From Camelus dromedarius (taxonomy: Eukaryota): a stretch of DNA of 64,000 nucleotides. Below are positions 37,828-51,179 of the stretch, one piece after another. Where the stretch lies: positions 117,120,001 to 117,184,000 of the forward strand of contig NC_087437.1 in NCBI RefSeq assembly GCF_036321535.1, read 5' to 3'. Numbering within the stretch: position 1 is the first letter of the stretch; every line of letters starts with the position of its first letter. Under the pieces are notes generated by a model, which was not told the DNA's origin, did no database searches, and saw only the letters and a list, made by a program, of their open reading frames with translations. A program made the position numbers and the translations under genes.

Positions 37828-40630
37828 CTATGACAGAATAAGAGTTTATATTTTAAGTATCAATGTTACACGTACTAACATTTTCTGACTTGCTAGAGAG
37901 ATGTATCCACAACAGTTGCGATGTTAACCCTAGGTCAGCCTGAGTTACACGACACACCTTAAGGTCCCCCCCCAGTCATCAGGACGACGTTTGCCAAGGA
38001 GAACCCTACCAGAGCCCGCACACCGAGCCTCACCAGACTTACGATTAAACCCGAAGCCTGAGCTGCAATACTACTTCTCTGCTTTCTCTACCACCCACTA
38101 GTCTCTGAGGTTCCACAGGACAGAACAAATGAGGTGGAGAATCACTGGAGGAATCTCTTCCCCACTGAAACCCTACCCACCCCTAAGCTTCTTTTGAGCC
38201 CAAATAATAATCAAATTGTCAAATAACCACTGTCCTGACGAGACGCTTACCCTCACAGTAAGACCATTCACCTGAAAAAAGCACCATGTTGTAAGGTCAG
38301 GGTGACTATCCTGCTACAGTTAATCCCTTGATATCATATAATGAGTAGCTAAAAGGCTCAATTTTGAGTTTATCGTTTTCATTTAGGTGTTTGAAGAATC
38401 TGAAAAGCACAGGTATTAGTACGATGATAAAAAGAGGTTCAAAAGTTAATGCACTTTAATGTGATATAAAACAGTATTTCTGTAAACCATACATTAATGG
38501 GGAAAGAGAAACTGAACAAATGTTTATTTCCTGTAAATAGATAACGTAGTAAAACAGTCGAAATAAGGCCACCAGTGAGTTGTGTAAGAACAATACTTGA
38601 GTTAAACAGCCACAAACACACGCAAGGAGATCTCACACCTCCAATGCTGAGGGGGAACAATCAGTGCAATGTATTCTGCACCAACGCATTTCACACATAA
38701 AGACAGCACGAGGACTATCGCTAAACTCATTATCTTTAAGATAAATAACACCTTATGTAAACAAACATAGTTGGGACAACACTGTTACATACATGGCTAC
38801 CATGAAGTGTCACAAATGCTTCTGTACTTTAAAATGATCCATTTATAATCTGATTTCTTTAGACTTCTCATTAATTTCGTAACCATTATCTCAGTAACAT
38901 AAAAATGTAAAATCTTAAAAGTGAAAACAAAATATGCAATATCCTGGACTGAAATAACACGACTTTTAACTATTAATAGCTGGAAAGCGAGATAAATCAA
39001 CATGTCTGTAGTATAGTAATCAATACATCAAAAGCTTTACCTTCTGTTTAAGCCTTTAAAATGAATCAATTACAAAGACAAAGATTACAGAAACTAAAGG
39101 GGAAAAAAATAGCTCCTCCCTTTCCCTATCATGTTTCCTTTGGGAAAACTGAACTGACAGGTTTGTTTCTCAAGGAACACTGAAGACTTACCTGTTGGCC
39201 TCTCACTGAGTGAAAGAAAATGTTGATTACATCTGATGTCCCAGACTCAGCTGGAGTTAAAAATCTGAACTGGTTTCATTAAAAAAAATTTTTTTAGAGC
39301 AGATCAAAATATATACAGAGGTAAATGAAAATAGGAAGAAAAAAATCTGAGAAAATAGGCATAGTATTTTAGCCAACTGATTTATTAAAAAAGGCAAATA
39401 ATAAAAGATGTGTAATAGTACGGTGTTCACTCAGACATCTTGCAACAAGATCCACTATTTTCCCCTCTGTTAAGTTTCTGGGGTACTCTTCATTTTTCGT
39501 ACAGATTACATTATTTCCTAGTGTGAGAAGTTCTATACTACATACACCTATACCTTCCTTGATCTGTTAGAAAAAGAAATCACAAAACACAACTTTCTAC
39601 TGGAAAAAAGATTTTTACCCTCAGCTCTTTAAAACGTTTAAACAAAAAAAAAAAAGGGGGCGGAAACTTTTGATTGAGCTTCCACCTACACTTTTCAGAA
39701 AGGAGTAATCAGGCTAAGGATTATTTGAGACGTCTAACAGCAAACTCTCACTTAAGCTCTGAGTTAACAGAAATTAACCACACCATGAACTCCCCACAAT
39801 GAACATGAGAGCTTCACAAAGGATGGTTCCCATGCTATATCCAAAAACAAAGTAACAAATAATACACACGTATTTTGCCCTTCCAACTTAAGTTTTAACG
39901 TCATATATCCAAGCACAACTTCATTCCAAAGACCGGCAATGTGAATAATGCCATCATGAATCTATTTTAGAGCAATAGCCATCATGCTACCTACAATTAA
40001 CTCAAAGCCTGTTATGGTAAAATAATTTAGTGAACTCCTATACATACAACTGTATATAAAATACTTTTAGAATACTGGTAGTCCTGTTCCCAGGGAACAC
40101 AACTCTTTATCTACCCCCGTACACATGATCCCCTACCTTGCCTTGCGAAACTTACATGCAAAACTTACATACTCCCCTTCTCCTGGCCTCAGTCCTAGCT
40201 TTGCTGTTGTCAAAAGAGGAAGTACAAGCATGTAACCAACAGAGGAGCACTAACCATAACGTACACAACACAAACAATGGATTTCCCTGGTGAGCGAAAA
40301 CTATTATTTAGTATTTTCACCCGTCTTAAGTTTATTCCTAAATTCTACAACAGTATTAAAGGGATACATTATATTCCCATAAACCAGGATGACTACATCC
40401 ACTGTATTTCACCCAGACTAGGAAAAGACACTGTTTACTTAAGTTATTAAACCACAGAACAAAAGTAGGTAAATAAGTACTTCTTCGACTTTCCGGGAGA
40501 CGAGGGCATTTAACTGCAAATTATTTTGAGACACTCAAAAGTCAAGATCTTGCTCGCCGGTGGGGCGCCTTAGGTAGCACTGCAGCATTTCCAAGACACC
40601 GCGGTCTCTGAAGGTAAGTTTGAAACCTAC

Positions 40631-40681
40631 CTTTCCTGCCGCCTTTTTTGGCTTCGTTTCCACTTTTGCAGGAGCAGGTTT
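40631..40681 (-). CDS. HMGN1: HMGN1 exon 4 (KPAPAKVETKPKKAAGK)
   Basis: tttcag acceptor, 51 nt, AAG|GTAGG donor. Confidence 0.97.
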
Positions 40682-40763
40682 CTGAAAGGCAAAGGTAACA
40701 CTTGAGTTTCCCCTCGCGTAAGATCCCACGGAAAGGAAAGGTTATGGGGCTCGCCTTACTTAC

Positions 40764-40793
40764 AGCTGACAACCTCGCCGATCTCCTCTTGGG
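40764..40793 (-). CDS. HMGN1: HMGN1 exon 3 (PKRRSARLSA, nucleosome-binding core)
   Basis: Invariant HMGN RRSARLSA motif; ttttttcccctaaag acceptor, GCT|GTAAG donor. Confidence 0.98.
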
Positions 40794-40880
40794 CTTTAGG
40801 GGAAAAAAAGGAAAATGAGCGAGGAATGAGGGATGCAGTGCAAACCGAACCCACCCCCGGGAGAGAAGCGGGGCACTTAC

Positions 40881-40913
40881 CTCCTCCTTCGCCGCCCCTT
40901 CGGCGGAACTGAC
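40881..40913 (-). CDS. HMGN1: HMGN1 exon 2 (VSSAEGAAKEE)
   Basis: ccgcag acceptor, 33 nt, GAG|GTAAG donor. Confidence 0.97.
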
Positions 40914-41247
40914 CTGCGGGAAAAGCAGACGGCGAGTGGGCGCAGCCCGCAAACAAAAGTGCCCGCGCCCCGCGCCCGCCCGCGAGAACAATGCCCGGCC
41001 GCGTGACGTCAGCGGCTTCCCGCCGCCGCGTTCGAATCTCCCACCCTGCTCCTCGGGCCGCCGAACGTTCCAGAACGGCGCGCCCGGGGCCGCCGCGCGC
41101 CCGCCCACCCGCCCGCCGCAGGGCCAGGGAGCCTCCGGAGCCCAGCCCCGTCGATGGCGCGGCGGGGGCCGGGACCTGGGCCTCGCGGGGCGCTGCGGCC
41201 GGCCCGGGCGGCGGAGGGGGCGTGTGCGGGCCGCGGCCGGCGCTCAC

Positions 41248-41262
41248 CTTCCTCTTGGGCAT
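41248..41262 (-). CDS. HMGN1: HMGN1 coding exon 1 (MPKRK)
   Basis: GCCACG-ATG at 41262, AAG|GTGAG donor; canonical HMGN N-terminus. Confidence 0.97.
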
Positions 41263-43799
41263 CGTGGCGGCGGGGCGGGCGCGTGCCGGGTGCCTGCGGG
41301 CCGCGGCGCGCCGAGAGCCTTCGCGAAGCTGGGCTGCCTGGCCGCTGCCGCTCCTCCCGCCGCCCGAGCTGCTGGGACCCGCGGCGGGGGCGGTGGGAGA
41401 ACCGGATGGAACCGGATTGGGAGCCCGCCCCCTCCTCCCCCCGCGTCCCCCAGCCGCGGGCTCCCCCTCCCCGCCAGCCGGGCCGCCCCCCGCCCCCACC
41501 CCCGTCCATTGGCTGCGGGGCCCACCGCGCCGCGGCCCGCGCCCCGAATAGGTGAGGCGGGCCGTCACTCGACCACTGCGCCCCGCCCCCGCTCTCGGCG
41601 CCCCCACCCCGCCCGCCGTCTCGCGGGGCCCCAGACCCAGGCAAGGGGGCGGGGCCCCACAGGCCGCTCTGGCCTCACGGTAGTTTATTTGAAGCCGAGC
41701 CGCAAAGTGCGGTCTGCGCGCCTACTGGCGGAGGCTCGCCACGTGGTCTCCGAGTGATCCCGCCCACAACCCTCCTGGATACCTGGGTGCCCGCCAGCGC
41801 CCTTAAAGCCCCGAGGGTCCAGTGTCTCACTTCTAGGGTGAACTGGGTTAAAAGGTTTGTAGTTAGTCTCATAGACTGGGAAGGGAGAGACAACAGGTTC
41901 AAGTACGAACCAGTTCGTCCCATCTCAGTTGGTAAGAAAGGCTATCTAATAGGTCTCCAGCTACGCGGGCCTGCGGCGAGTGGGTCCTAGCGCGCAGGCG
42001 CCGGAGGGGAAGTCGTGGGAAGGAAGGCAGGCGCGGGCACGCGCGGGGCGCCACTGCGCAGGCGCGGGTCTTTGCGACGTCCGTGACTGGCGACCCGGCA
42101 ACTCTGCTAGGTTGTTCCGCGTCCACTCTTTCCGTGTAGCTTCTTTTAGGTCACGCGTTCCTGGAGGAGCAGGGTTGGCTAGCGGTTTGTCTCGGAAGGC
42201 TAGTGGGCTCCTGAGTCCTGGTCCCAGGACGTGGACACACTCTCAGGCCCTTGGCCCGGCCGACCCCTCCTCGCAGAAGTGAAATGGGAAGCACGGCCAT
42301 CGGGCTCCTGGCCATTTTTTTAAACCACTTGCTCACCTGGGCACCTTTCTGAAGTGGAAAAAGAGCTTCAGGCTAGGGGTCTGAGCTGGGAATCCCGGAA
42401 CCAGTGAGATCACGTTGTTTCTTTAATGAAGAAGAAATGTCCTGTTTAAACGAACAGATTGAGTTGGGTTACTGTAGAAAAAGGTTTTGATCAGAAAATT
42501 GTCAGCTGGAATTCATGGAAAGGAGGAAACATTGGAGTACTTTGAGTCCGAAAGATTGGAAACAGACCAAATGTCCATCATTTGAAAGGCCCAGGTAAAC
42601 GATGGCACCTTCACATAGTGGAGTACTGAGCTACTGCGAAAAATAATGAGTCTGCTCTTGACCAAAGAAGTGAATTCTGAAAACCGCTAGTCAGACTCTG
42701 TAGCTCCCGATCAGGAACTCTAGTGCCTTCCCTTATTCAAGTAAGTCTTGAGTCCTTAGAGTGGTTTATAAAGTCCTCTGCAGTCTTGCACCCATCAAAC
42801 AGTTTTCACTGCTGGCCACCCTGTTTCACCTTCCTTGCCACAAATAGGCCGGGCAGCCCTGCTTGGGGCCTCATCACCTGCTATTCCCTCGGCCTGAGCT
42901 GCTTCCTGGGTTGCTTCAGACCAGTGCAGCTCTCTTCCTCGACTCCTTAGGGTCTTTGCAGAAATGTCACCTCATTGATGCCTTTCCTGACCTTTCAGTT
43001 TGGGACTGCAACTCGCCATCTCCAGTTCTCTGCTTTATGTTCTCCATAGCATCTATTGACTAAATAGCTGTATTGAATATGAAGTTGTACATTCATTGTG
43101 TATCTAAAGGAGGATGCACAAGAACGTGTCCCCAGGGGTTGCCTCTGGGGAGAACAATTGGAGTAGGATAAGATGAAAATTTCTCCTTTTGTCTCTTTTT
43201 TTCCCCTCTCCTATCTGCATTAAAAAAAAAAAAAAATTAACATCAGAGTCCCTGAGTTTGTGTCACAAACATGTCCTGAGCACCTGTCATGTGCCGGATG
43301 TTGTGATAAGTCCTGGGATAGAGAGACTGCAGACAGAACACTATCCCATGGGCTTGGGAGGGTAATTTAGTGGAGAGATCAAGTACACAAATTGGCCTGG
43401 CCTAATAGGGGAAAGGGGAAGCCACAGGCAGGGAAATAGCCCATTCTCAGGCATGCAGACTTTGTGGAACCTGATGGCCCTCCAGGGCCTTCAGAGTGGC
43501 AGGGATGGACACGTGGACAGTGGACAGAGAAGATTAGAGAAAAGAGGCAGAAAAAAGAAGGCCGGCCTGCAGAAAGCATTTGATGTCAAGCTAAGGAGTT
43601 TGGCCATTACCCAAGGAGTGGGAGACATTGCAGGGTATTAAATCAAAGGAATGATGTGCTGAGATCTGAACTTTCTTCATAAAGATCTCTCTCTCATGAG
43701 AACTGGAGATGCACTAGGTCAAAGGTGATGAATTGGTGGCCTACAGGTGTTTGTTTTGGTCAAGTTTCTTTTTAATTAAAAAAATTTCCCCCTTAACAA

Positions 43800-43875
43800 A
43801 GGCACTGGGGATTGAACCCAGGACCTCCTGCATGCCAAGCATGTGCTCTACCACTGACCTATATCCCCCCCACCC
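43800..43875 (-). mobile_element. tRNA-Ala-derived SINE head
   Basis: GGGGATTGAACCCAGGACCTC...CTCTACCACTGA on + strand. Confidence 0.85.
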
Positions 43876-43929
43876 ACCAAGGCTTTTTAAAAGTTGTCAT
43901 CACAAGCACGTGGAGCAATTGGAACACAG

Positions 43930-44480
43930 TAGGAAAACTGTTTGTTAGTATCTTTTAAATCTAAACAGATCCTGTGACTCAGTAACTCCACTCTAGAAAC
44001 ATACCCAACAAAAATGCTTCCATCTGCTCACCGGGTGACATGAAGGAGAATATTCATAGCTGACTGATTTCTGGAGGCCCAGACTGGCAGCAACCTAAAT
44101 GCCCACCCACAGGAGAACAGATGAATAAATGGAAGACTATCAAAAATGAGAAACAGCTGTTCGCAGCTCCGCACAGGATGTGAGTGAATCTCACTAGCAC
44201 AGTGTTGAGAGAACGATGCCGGACCGCAATACCGGGTGATCCTATTCATACGCTGTTCAAAGGCAGGTAGAATGAACCCACTCTGTCAACAGTCAGGGTA
44301 GTAGTGGGGGTGGGTAGGTAGCTAGAGACGGAAGAGAGCAGTAGAGGACTTTAGGGGGCTGGCCGTCTATTTCTTGATCTGACTGTTGCTCGCACTGTTG
44401 TGTTCACTGTGTGAATATTAATTGAGCTGTGCACTTATGTATACACTTCTGGATGTATATCAGCAGTAAAGTTTTAAAGT
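43930..44480 (+). mobile_element. Old L1 (L1ME-like) 3' end
   Basis: CAACCTAAATGCCCACC..ATGAATAAAT, TATTTCTTGATCTG signatures. Confidence 0.55.
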
Positions 44481-44615
44481 TTCACTTTTTGGCAACATAT
44501 CAACATCAGATGATTTCACACACACATTCAGCTCTTCACCTTCTCCTGGTCTCCTTTGTGTGTGCATTCCACAGGCTGCCCTTGACCTGGTAACTTGTAA
44601 TGAGGCATCCTTTCT

Positions 44616-44639
44616 CCAGGGTGCCAGGGTGCCAGGGTG
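44616..44639 (+). repeat. (CCAGGGTG)3 tandem repeat
   Basis: Three perfect 8-mers. Confidence 0.9.
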
Positions 44640-47600
44640 CCGGCCCTGCTGAGTTCTCTCACCTGTATCCTCTGCCTAGCCTCTGAAAGCATTTTAGTTT
44701 GAGATGCCTGTATATGAGCGTGGGTAATGAGAGATGCCACCTTTCCATTTATTTTTGGAACAGATTTATGTGGTTCTGAATTCCAAAAGTACAGAATGAT
44801 TTCCAGAGAAGTCTCTGTTCCACTTCTGTCCCTCCAGATACCCAGCTCTCTCAAGGAGAAACCAGTGCTGCTGCTTCTTGTGTATCTTTCCAGAAATCTC
44901 TTATGCTCATATAAGCAAATGTGTGTATGTATGTTCTTTCTTTCTTTCTATCTTTCCCCCTTATTTTTTGCGCTCTTGGATTTTTCACTTAATGGAGTTT
45001 GTTTCCTGTTAGTACTTAAGGTTCCTCCTCCTTTTTATTGCTGCATTGTAGCTCACCATGTAGATGAACCAAATGCTTTAAAACCAATTCTCTATTGATC
45101 GAACTTTTCAAATTGCGTCCAGTCTTTTGTTCCCACAAAGGATGCTGCCACGAATAACCACGCACGTGCATGTTATGTGGCACATTGTATAAAATAACAA
45201 AATGTCCTTGCAGACCCCAGTAGTGACTTCAGTTATTTTTATTATAAAGTTCACTTACATCTCTGAACACTTAAAGTAAGGTTAAAATGTTTAACGCTTA
45301 GAGGTTTTAAACAACTCTAGAGCTAAAATTAACTTTGAATCCAGAAATCTCTGCAAAACCAATAAAATTTAAACCAACAACATTAACATGAGGAATGGAT
45401 TTTGCTAAAAGCAAATGGCTACACGATATGGTGCACAGCGCATGTGATCCCTGTGGAGATAGTTCTGGCCCTTTATGTGTATAAAGCCATCATCCATTCA
45501 GCCCTCTGTGGTGTGACTTCGGTTTCATATGATAAAGATACACTATAAATTAAATCATCTCTATGCTTTTATAATTACCTGTAAAACTGGAAAGCTGGTC
45601 CTGCTTGGTGCCAAACCTAAACACACAGCCAACACAGTCACAAAAACATAGGCAGTGCTTGGCTAAAGGTGGGACTCTGCTGGGTGATCCGGAATGTTGA
45701 ATGATCACAGGAATGCACAAAATTTAAAAAATTCCCCAAGAACCCACAGGATCCTTGTGTATATTCATTCACGGAAGTATCCTCACCACCACTCCCCCCT
45801 GGGGCCCACGTGCCCCCCCTTTGGAAAAGCATGCATTGATTCAGGCTGGTTGACTGGGAAAGAGGTGCTTCTAGAAGGAATTCTAGAGAGAAGAGTTTCA
45901 AGCGTAACGTGGGGGAGGGCTGGTGGTGATAGACAAGGTTCTGAGGGAAATCGAGGCGGTGGAATCAGCAATAGGCCACAGGCTGCCTGCCTTTGCCTCC
46001 CCGGTACCAGGTGCCGCCCTAGACGCTGGGGATACGGTGGTGAGCGTGGGGATTCAGCTGCCTGGCCTCCTGGGGCTCTCGTTCTGGTGGGAGCACAATA
46101 AAGAAGGCCACAAGGGTCTTTCACGTGGTGACAGTGCCTTGAGGGAAAAGTGTCACAACATGGAGGATGCTGGAGGCACCCTGATGGGGCTGCCATGGGC
46201 GATATAGTCAGGGCGGGTCTCTGAGAAGAGATGTGAAGGCTAAGGTGAGCTGGGCAGGATTCTTAAGGGGATTGGGTGTGAGGGAGAGGAGAGAGACTTC
46301 CGTCTAGGAGCAACAAAACCCCAAATCAGCATAAACAGTAGGAAAATGGATTATCTCCCATCATGGACTGTCCCCGATCGGGGGATTCGGCGGCTCGGCG
46401 TGTTAGCACAGTCTCAGCTTCTTTCCTGTCTTTTGTTGTGCCTCCTTCTTAGTCGGCTTCATCCTCAGTCTGGAATTGCAATTTCAGAGTCACATCCACA
46501 TTTATAGCATCCAGGAAGGAACTGTCTCTTTTCCCAGAAGTCCTCGGTTGACAGCCTTTACTTATTGGTCAGAATTGGGTCACATGCCAGGGGGATGGGA
46601 GGCCCTCAGACCAAATCAGGCCCACCCCTGGAGTTGGGAGGAGGGCCAGGTGTGGAGGGAGTGTGTGCCTGGACAAAGTAAGGGCTCTGTGAGGAAGGAC
46701 AAAGAAGGAAAGGGGCTGATAATCATCTACGTTCAGTAGGCTGTGTGGGTCAGGAGCCATTCACCAGGTTAGGGACATGGGTGTGAGGGGAAGCCAGTGG
46801 GTTTGGTGCTGACAGACTGAGTCTTGGGTGTTTGGGGAACATCCCAGGCAGTTGGGTCTACAGGCCTGGAGCTTTGGGAAAGGACATGGATGAAAGGAGA
46901 GACGTGCTGTAAGGGTTGAAACCACAGGCATATGGATCATCAAATAGGGATTGGAAAGTGTCTGCTACACTGACGACTAAGGGTGTCCCCACCTGTACTG
47001 ATGGAGCGATTTCATTGTGTGGTAGGGAGGAAACCAGACTCAAGTTAGAGAGTAGAAGGGAAGGGAAGAAGTGGAAACGGCCCTAGACCCCACTGTGCTG
47101 TGCTGTGCTGTGTCCCAGGAAGCCCAGTCTCTGGGTCAGTTTGTCCACGTGGTAAATACGGAAGATCAACTGGGGCAGGTGTGCAGTGAGCCTGTGAGCA
47201 AGGAAAGGTACGAAGTGAGATGATGGTCAGAACACTTGAATGCCTGCTGTTCACTGTGCTGCTGGGTATCTTAGCTGCTGCAAGGACGACATGCAAGGGA
47301 TGCAGATGAGAGCAAAGGTACAGGCCCTGATCCAGGAGCTCTCGAGGACGACAAGGCTGACGAGTTGGCCAGAAATGTCTGAACACGAAGAAAGAGCCCG
47401 AAGATGACCAATAGTCATAGAACTTACCATATCGTGTAGATTTCTAGCCTGCTTGCAAACTTCATGGATACATGACTATACAAATAATTGTTATTAGATA
47501 AGGTCATTGGAATTACTATTGTTACACGCTTTCCCTTCCAGCAGTCCATAGTACTGATTGTTATTTTAGAAAGAGCACTAAGCCAGCTGGAAGTTGGTCA

Positions 47601-47654
47601 TATTATTCTTTCCTGCTCACAGTGAGGTTTGGCTTCCCAATTATGGAAAGGAAA

Positions 47655-48012
47655 TGCCTTAATTTGCTGCTATAAAAAAATGCCATAGATTGGGTGGCTT
47701 ATAAACAACAGAAATTTATTTCTCACCATTCTGGAGGCTGGAAAGTCCAAGATCAAGGCACTGGCAGATTCAGTGTCTGGTGAGAACCCACTTCCTGGCT
47801 CATAGACTGCTGTCTTCTAGCTGTGTCCTCACCAGGCAGTGGAGGGAAGGCAGCTCTCTAGGGTCCTTTATATAAGGACACTAATCCCGTTCAGGAGGGC
47901 TCCACTCCCGTGACCTAATCACCTCCCAAGTCCCCACCTCCAAAACCATCACGTTGGCGGTTAGGTTTCAACTTTTGAATTTGGGGGAAAGACAAACATT
48001 CAGTCTATAGCA
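47655..48012 (-). mobile_element. MLT1A-like MaLR solo LTR
   Basis: GGGTGGCTTATAAACAACAGAAATTTATTTCTCAC..CTGGAGGCTGG..GTCCAAGATCAAGG; ends TTCAGTCTATAGCA. Confidence 0.85.
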
Positions 48013-49664
48013 GGAATGCTCCCTGCCTCTATTCCAAATCCCTCAGCTTCTGTGACTTCAAAAGAGAACCACTCCCTCAAATGGGCAACCACTTCATGAT
48101 ATTTAAGGCTTGAGCGGAAACAGTCTACCGCATTGTTAAGGGGCACTTCTTCTCCCTGATTCTTGAAATCATATGTGAGTTCAAGGTTTCCCTGGCTTGT
48201 GTGAGCTCTCAAAGTGTAGGCAGTGGTATAGACGTGTTCAGCTGACATGGTTTGAGGGAGGCCCCATTCACAAAGCTACAGGAGGAAGCTGTCTCAGGTT
48301 TGGTGAGATGTTGCGCCACGTCTGTGGTGTAGAGTGTTGGCCGGAATAACAATTAAAAACAGGAAAAAAATGTTTACTTAATGCTCCTTTTACATTTTTC
48401 AAATAAAAAAGAAAGATTTCTTTCTGAATCCTTTCTCAGATTGTAACTGATGCTTTGTAATTGATGAAGTGTGCCCTTTGGTGTAATTTTCATTAAGGAA
48501 AAAATGGGAAGAGAGGGATCATAAGGTGACATTTCATTACAGTTAAGTGACTCAGAAATCATATGAGAGAGAGAGAAATCATAGAATGCGATTCCCATCT
48601 GAATGACTTCTTTTCCTTGCCAGGCAGAGAAACCAGATACAGGCTGGTCAGCGAGTCTTGGGTATTTTTCCTGCTTATTGAGCCTGAGTGTAATTAAGTT
48701 GTCTTGTGACTTACGGTCTACATGGTCACGTCGTTTGGCATCACCTTCCTGCTGCTAGCACTGATCATATTTGCACGTCGTAAAGTGCTCTTTGCTCCTT
48801 TCAGTGGTACTGGGCTGTGTAATCAGCTCAGCCTACCACTCTGTATGAAATACCATAAATTTAGGTTTGATCTAAAAAGAGCTTTCTCATCACCAAAAGG
48901 TGCCTGTCCTGTAAGCTGGGCCAGCAATGTTATTCTCGCCATCAACAGCCCTAAGTGGGGTGAGAGACTGAGACTTGTAGATGAGTCGAATTTACTTGTA
49001 TGCCTGTCTTGCACACCCTTCTGGTCTTGATGAAAGTTGATGTGGAGAGTTTCACCTTTCTCATCTCTCACCGAACCTAAGGGAACAGAGAACTGCCTCT
49101 TCTGGTGTAGTGCTGGTGAGTTCACGGTTGTGGGGGGAGGCAGGGGGGTCAGAAGGCTGTATTTTTCTCTTTTTGTTCTGAAAATTTCTAACACAGACCC
49201 ATTAATCAATCCAGTGGCGTGAAATAAAAAGAATGTAATCGAGGAAGTCCCTCGTTAGTCCTTTCATGCTCCAACCCCACTTTAGATCAGATCCCTCTTA
49301 TTGAGTAGCATCCTGTTGTATATTTTTGAAAAAAAAGTTTTAAAAGGTGCACATACCATTATTATTTCATCCATAACCCTCTTTTATTTTATATTATTTA
49401 CTAACAATCTAATGAGTGCCCATAAACCTGTCATCCAACCTTGGAACAAGGACATAGGCAGCTACTTAGGTAAACCTTTGTGTCCCTCCTGAAAACTCTG
49501 TATCCTGGCCGTTACAGTGCTTACAGGTATTTGCTTAGTTAGGCCCCAGGGGAACAGACTGGGACTTTTGGTTCCTCACCAAATTGCAGCCAGCAGTTAG
49601 TAAAGTGTCTGAGATACAGAAGCCTTTAATACCTACAATTTTTTAAAATTAAAAAAATTTTTTC

Positions 49665-49790
49665 CTTTTTTCTTTTTTAATTTTAGGGGGAGGTAATTAG
49701 GTTTTTATTTATTCATTTATTTTAATGGAGGTACTGGGGACTGAACCAGTGCTAGGGACACTCTCTACCACTGAGCTGTACCCTCCCCCC
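49665..49790 (-). mobile_element. tRNA-Ala-derived SINE with internal deletion
   Basis: GGGGAGGTAATTAGG tail and shortened head. Confidence 0.82.
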
Positions 49791-50044
49791 AGATTTTTTA
49801 AACTGTGGTTTAAAAAAAAATCACATAAAACTCACCTGCTTTAAGTGTAAAACTCAACGATTCTTAGTAAATCTGTGTAGTTGTGCAATTATCACCACAA
49901 GTTTTAGAACATGTAAATCACCTGGCAAAAATCTCTCCTGTCCATTCTCAGCCAATCTTGATCACAGCCTCAGCCCCAGGCAGTTCAACTTTCTCTGTTA
50001 TTATAGTTTAAAATCTTCTGCTCCTCAAAAGACATGTTTATAAA

Positions 50045-50380
50045 AAAATTTATTTTTTATTGAAGTGTAGTTGATTCACAATGTCAGTTTCAGGTGTACA
50101 GCAAAGTGTTGCAGTTATACATACACATACATATGTATATACACACATATATATACATGTTTTCAGATTCTTTTCCGTTAGAGCTATTACAAGAAATTAA
50201 ATATAGTTCCCTGTGCTATACAGTAAGTCCTTCTATTGATTTGTTGACCTGTTTTATATATAGTAGTGTATATATGTTAATCCCAACTCCTAATTTCTCT
50301 CCCCCTTTCCCTTTTGGTAACCATAGTTGATTTCTATGCCCATGAGTCTATTTCTGGTTTGTAAATAAAATTTGTATCTC
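50045..50380 (-). mobile_element. L1 3' end inserted in an older plus-strand L1 (to about 51280)
   Basis: Same 3' UTR family as 15100; CTCAAAAGA repeated on flanks; L1 ORF2-like sequence at 50380-50740. Confidence 0.75.
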
Positions 50381-51097
50381 AAAAGATACTTTTAAGAGAA
50401 TGAAAATAAAAGCCACAGACTGGGAGAAAATATTTGTAAAGGATATACCAGATAAAGGGCTTGTATCCAGAATGAACTGAAAACTCTGTACTAAAATAAG
50501 AAAATAAACTCTGTAAAAAAGGGGGCAAAAGAGTTGAATAGATCCTTCATCCAGGAAGATGTAAGAATGACAAATCAGCACATGAAAACCTGCTCAATAT
50601 CAGCAGTCATTAAAGAAATACAAATACAACAAAAACAAACAAACCCCAAAAAACTACAATAAGATACCACTACCCACAGATTAGAATGACAGATTTAGAA
50701 GATTGCTCATGCCAAGTATTGGCGAGGATGTAGAGGAAATGGACTCAAATCTTTCCAAAATGTCAATGTAATAAAAGATGAAACAAGGCTATGGAAATGT
50801 TCCAGATTAAAGGAGGCCAAAGAGACATGTTAATTAAATGTAACGGCTGACCCTGGTCTAGATCTTGTACTGGAGGGAAAATGTTACAAAGGACATTATT
50901 CAGTCAACTGACAAAACTGGAACATAAATGGCAAATTAGATAAAAGTATTGGATCGATGTTAACTTCACTGAAGCTGATAAATGTACTGTGATTATACAA
51001 GGGAATATTCTCAGTGACATACTGAAAAAGATAAAGCACATGATAAAGCAAATCAGCTAAAATGTTAAGGTTAAAGTAGGTGAGTATGGGCGTGGCT

Positions 51098-51179
51098 GGG
51101 TGTATATGCTCGGTGGTGGGGCGCATGCTTAGCATGCATGAGGTCCTGGGTTCAATCCCCAGTACCTCCAAATAAAAAA
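51098..51179 (+). mobile_element. tRNA-Ala-derived SINE
   Basis: Head plus A tail; AAAGTAGGT repeated on both flanks. Confidence 0.85.

Larger units (their letters stand above)
40840..42300. promoter_or_regulatory. CpG island / HMGN1 promoter
   Basis: CpG-rich; CCAAT boxes (minus) at 41416-41420 and 41508-41512; GC boxes; full CRE TGACGTCA at 41004-41011 in intron 1; NRF1-type motifs at 41991-42001 and 42055-42066. Confidence 0.9.

Noticed and set aside
40542..41757. ORFs of 186-283 aa over the HMGN1 promoter
   Set aside because: CpG-island artefacts reading through introns, mostly non-ATG starts
48722..49209. 102-aa and 128-aa ORFs, one with a hydrophobic N-terminus
   Set aside because: No recognisable homology; overlapping on both strands; needs blastx to revisit
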